Assembly: GCF_009914755.1 (NCBI RefSeq)
Contig: NC_060935.1
Source of the DNA: the human T2T-CHM13v2.0 reference genome, Homo sapiens
DNA length: 64,000 bases
Direction: 5' to 3' (one strand)
Both the position numbers and the translations under genes were made by a program. Under the pieces are notes generated by a model. That model was not told the origin of the DNA and ran no database searches. It saw only the letters and a list, made by a program, of their open reading frames with translations. This document shows positions 59,671 through 64,000 of this stretch, in pieces; within the stretch, counting starts at the first letter, position 1, and the number at the start of each line of letters is the position of its first letter.

Positions 59671-60375
59671 CCTGGAGGGACGGCAGGAGGGCTCTCTGTG
59701 CAGTTTGAGAGAACACCCATACGCAGGAAATGACCCCAACGCCACCGAGAGGGCGCCTGGAATGTGAGCGCCACCTGCTGGGATGGGAAGAGGTCTGGGA
59801 GGGGACCTGAAGGATGGTTCACAGGGAACCAGGCCTGTCGGGTGATTGCTGGAAAGATGGCATGGACGGGAGCTGGCTGCTCTGGCCACTCAGCCGACCC
59901 CAGCTGGACGCGGCCAGGGCCTGGGGCAGGGGGCCAGGCCTGGGGAGGCCCAACAGCACGCCCCCTGGAGCCAGCGCCTCCCGCACTGCCCAGCCTGTGT
60001 GTCAGGAGCTGGGGTGAAGGTCCCATCACAGTCAGGCCCCATCCCTGCTGGGCGTGGCTGTGCAGGAGCCCCGCAAATATGTTTATATATTTAGTATGTG
60101 AGTTATATTTCAATAAAGCTGATATGAGATATACTTCACATATCATGCAGTTCACCCATTCAACTCGTTTCGAGTGGACAGTTGAGTGGTTTTTAGGACA
60201 TTCACAGATAGGAGCTGAGGTCAATATTACAGCACTTTCATCGCCCCGAAAGAAACCTGCTACCCTTTGTAGTCGCTCCTTATTACCCCTTCCCCAGCCC
60301 CCGGTGAAAACTCATCTAATTTCTGTCTTCATAGATTTGCATTTCCTGGACATTTCATACAAATGGATCACATAA

Positions 60376-60710
<335 letters not shown>

Positions 60711-61010
60711 CTGCCTAGCATAATGTTTTCAAGGTCCAGCTGTGCTGTAGCATGCGCATGCTTCGCTCCTCTATGGCTAATAACATGCCGCTATTATCAA
60801 AATGCTGCAACTAGGAGCGCTAGTGTGTAAATTTGGCGTGGACACTTGTTTCCAGGTTTGAGGAGCTGCCACATTGCTTTTCAGAGTGGCTCAGGAGCTA
60901 ATTTTTTTGCAGGGTACCATGTCAACAATTTGGGTCAACTAAAATCAGCGTGTCCGCACCATTTTCGCCCGCCCAATTTCACGCGATCCTGCGAAAGAAT
61001 GACCCAGACC

Positions 61011-61296
61011 GGTCCGGGCGCGGTGGCTCGCGCCTGTAATCCCAGCACTTTGGGAGGCCGAGGCGGCAGATCACAAGGTCAGGAGTTCGAGATTGGCCTG
61101 GCCAACATAGTGAAACCCCGTCTCTACTAAAAATACAAAAATTAGCCGGGCGTGATGGCGGCCGCCTGTAATCCCAGCTACTCGGGAAGCTTGAGACAGA
61201 AGAATCGTTTGAATCCGAGAGGCGGAGGTTGCAGTGAGCCGGGATCGCGCCATTGCACTCCAGCTCGGGCGGCAGTGCGAGACTCCGTCTCAAAAA
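61011..61296 (+). mobile_element. Alu (CpG-retaining), adjacent to the PTDSS2 island
   Basis: Alu dimer; GAATGACCC on both flanks. Confidence 0.9.
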
Positions 61297-61299
61297 GGA

Positions 61300-62470
61300 A
61301 TGACCCGGGTCGCATGGGGTGAAGGGTCGGGAAGCGCCCCAAAAGGAGAACGGGGCTGGGCTCCGGGATCCGTCGGCGAGGAAGGGGCGAAGGGGTGGAG
61401 GGACTCGGGCCAGGCCGCCGGGGATGTCTGTGGTTACCTCCAAGCTCTGGAGGCCTTGGCGAGACCCGCGCCATCCGCAGCTTGGTTCCTGCGACCTCAG
61501 CCGCAGGGCGGTCCGGCTCCGGTTTCCCAGCAACCAGGCGTCATCCTTCCCAGCAAGCACTGCGTCCAACCCGCGACGTCGGACCACAAGGCCCAGCATG
61601 CCCCGCGCGGACTACAAGCCCCACAATGCACCGCACACCCTTTACTGGCCGGCCCCGCGCTGCTCTCCTAAGACCCCGCGGGCCAGCGCCGCGACCCCTT
61701 CCCAGCGCTCCTCGCGCTGTGTGCGGCGCGTCCTCTCGCCGGTGACCCGGTGTGCGTGGGGTCGAGGCGCCGGGCGGAGTGGCTCCGGGCCGAAACGCCA
61801 TGCGGAGGGGCGAGCGCAGGGACGCCGGAGGTCCGCGGCCCGAGTCCCCGGTGCCCGCGGGCAGGGCCTCGCTGGAGGAGCCGCCTGACGGGCCGTCTGC
61901 CGGCCAAGCCACCGGGCCGGGCGAGGGCCGCCGCAGCACCGAGTCCGAGGTCTACGACGACGGCACCAACACCTTCTTCTGGTGAGGGCAGTGGGCGGCC
62001 GCGGGGCGGCGAGGGTGCCCTCGACCTGGGGGTTCCGGCACCGCTGGCCTGGGGGTCCCCGGCAGCGCCCTCTCGCCGTCTTGGAGTCCAGGACTGTGGC
62101 CGGGGGTTTGAGGGTGTGGCAGCACCGCCCCCCGGGTCCCGGGGAGCGGCCGGACCGAGCTCCCGACGCCGGGTCGGGCGGAGGGCGGCGCTGTAGGTGG
62201 GGGAGACCCTGGGCAGACCCTCCCTGCGGCCGCTTTGCGTCTCTCTCGCCGCCCTCCCCACCCCTGCCCGCCTTGGCTCTGACCGCGCGGTTCTGCGATC
62301 CAGACCCCTTCCCCGCCACCCGCCTCCAGCGTCACCCCAGAAACGCTTTCTCTGTCCTGCTGTCGAAGCTTCACCTGTGTCCCCCGTCATTCTGCCTGTG
62401 GTTGCTCCTCAGTGCTTGCGGCTGCACGAAATCATCTTGTGTGTCGCGCCCGACCCCACGTGGCGATCGT
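61300..62470 (+). promoter_or_regulatory. PTDSS2: PTDSS2 CpG-island promoter
   Basis: CpG-dense; GGACTACAA (ZNF143-associated) motif near 61609. Confidence 0.85.
61800..61981 (+). CDS. PTDSS2: Phosphatidylserine synthase 2, coding exon 1 (gene continues beyond the window)
   Basis: [19 protein letters not shown]...[14 protein letters not shown]; donor TG|GTGAG. Confidence 0.96.
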
Positions 62471-63401
62471 GTTGATTAGCAGAGTGTTGTGCGTGCTTCA
62501 GGAATGTAGTCGGTGTTCGTCGAATCCAGGCTCTGTTTCTCTCCTCAGTTGCCCCTAGCGGGGCCAGCGCCTCCTCCCTGCACAACTCAGCCCTAGCTAC
62601 ACCTTGGGGTCCCCCTGTCCGCCACTCTGCCTTTAATGGGGGTGGAAAAGGAAGAGGCCCCCGGGAGCAGCTGGAGTGTGGCACTCTGTGTCCAGACAGG
62701 CTCCAGGTGCCGCTCCTACTCCCGACAGCTGCGACCCTGGGCTGGCCCTTTGCCGATGCTCCTCTGTGAGAAGGATCAAGCCGTCGACCTGAAAGCAGGC
62801 TTCGTGAGAGGAGGGTTTGGCTCTTCTTGACTGCAAGGTGCCCAGTTCCCATCCTGTGGAAGGCCCGGGGGCACAGGGGCAGTAGAGGTGGGGTCAGCCC
62901 CAGGAAAACGTGTGGGAGACAGGCGCCTGCGGCCAGCAGTGGAAGGAAGGCTTTATGGACGCTTCCAAGAGAACCATGCTGTGGGATGGTCGGAGAGCAA
63001 ATCTGAGGGGCGAGGAGGGCCTGATGGAGGAGTAAGGGACTTGTCAGGGGAAGGCGCCACCACAGACAGGGACTTAACCGGTCCTGGCCTGTCACCGCAG
63101 CCGAAGCTCTGGAGAGAGACTGTCCAAGTGGTGGGAAAGCAGGTTAGGGTGGAGGAGGCCCCACGCAGGGTCTTCCGTGAGGTGTGGGCAGCTGCTGTTG
63201 CAGGGAGGGCATCCGAGCTCTCCTTTGGGGAGATGAGTGTACCGGGTGGCTGCGGGGCCCTCGGGAGGGAGAGGAGATGGGGTGCCTGCCACGTGGACCC
63301 TCTGGCTTCCGGGCCCTGTGGACATCAGGCCTCTCCATCAGGTGCCCTGCCACACCCCTTCAGGCTGTCCTCCCGCAGCACAGCTGGGGACCACCGGAGT
63401 C

Positions 63402-63548
63402 TCTGAGGTCCTGGAGCAAGGAGACCAGACTGGCTCTTCTGAGGTCCCGGAGCAAGAAGACCAGACGGGCTCCTCTGACATCCCGGAGCAAGGAGAACAG
63501 ACGGGCTCCTCTGAGGTCCCGGAGCGAGGAGACCAGACTGGCTCTTCT
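63402..63548. repeat. 36-bp tandem repeat x4
   Basis: TCTGAGGTCCCGGAGCAAGGAGACCAGACTGGCTCT. Confidence 0.9.
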
Positions 63549-64000
63549 TGTTTCTCATTTGGCCGTTCAGCACATTGTGGGGACCCCTACTGCCTGTCAG
63601 TTACCGTTCTACGGGACATAGCAGAGAACTAAACAAGAAGCTTAGATTCTGGTGCAGGCATGGAACTTCAGAAGGCTCAAAATGTGCTGGCTGGGTGCTG
63701 AGTGTGGCAGGAGCCAGGGGGCACATGCAAGCCTGCGCAGCCCACCCAGTACCAGGGAAGCAGGAGCAGCAGCCCAAAGGTAGGAGGGGGCCGGTCTCTT
63801 TAGAAGCCCAGACCAGTGGTCCCTGCCCACAAGGGGTGTTTGGGACACAGACGGCTGGGCGCAGCAGAGCTTGCCTGTCAGGAGGCCAAGGGGGTCAGGA
63901 GGGCTCTCCAGGAGCGGGTGCAGCGGGGCTGGCTGGTCCAGGTACCTCCTTCCTGGGTCTTCTGGGTGGGTGGCTCTGGCTCTGGCTTTCCCCTCGACCC

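Overview
Human (or near-identical great-ape) subtelomeric DNA recognisable as the 11p15.5 PKP3-SIGIRR-ANO9-PTDSS2 locus. Splicing by hand gives complete, intact CDSs for PKP3 (+, 13 coding exons, 797 aa, plus alternative exon 1b giving 812 aa), SIGIRR/IL-1R8 (-, 9 coding exons, 410 aa) and ANO9/TMEM16J (-, 23 exons, 782 aa), plus coding exon 1 of PTDSS2 (+). All introns are GT-AG and phases are consistent. Non-coding DNA is dense in GC-rich VNTRs and contains a solo ERV-K-class LTR with a 6-bp TSD, about 15 Alus, MER53, MER1B, MLT1, L1 and MIR remnants and a rearranged 7SL retrocopy. I see no wholly new gene system, and most long ORFs in the track are repeat or GC artefacts. Best candidate for undescribed biology: a 69-bp, 94%-identical, non-Alu inverted repeat bracketing frameshifting ANO9 exon 4 (a possible RNA-structure splicing switch or circRNA). 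Other leads: an NMD-escaping SIGIRR intron-9 read-through C-terminus, a 2.4-kb nearly AG-free branch-point-like VNTR in PKP3 intron 8, satellites born inside DNA transposons, and possible ANO9-to-SIGIRR read-through. Repeat family names are from memory of consensus sequences, and repeat boundaries are approximate.
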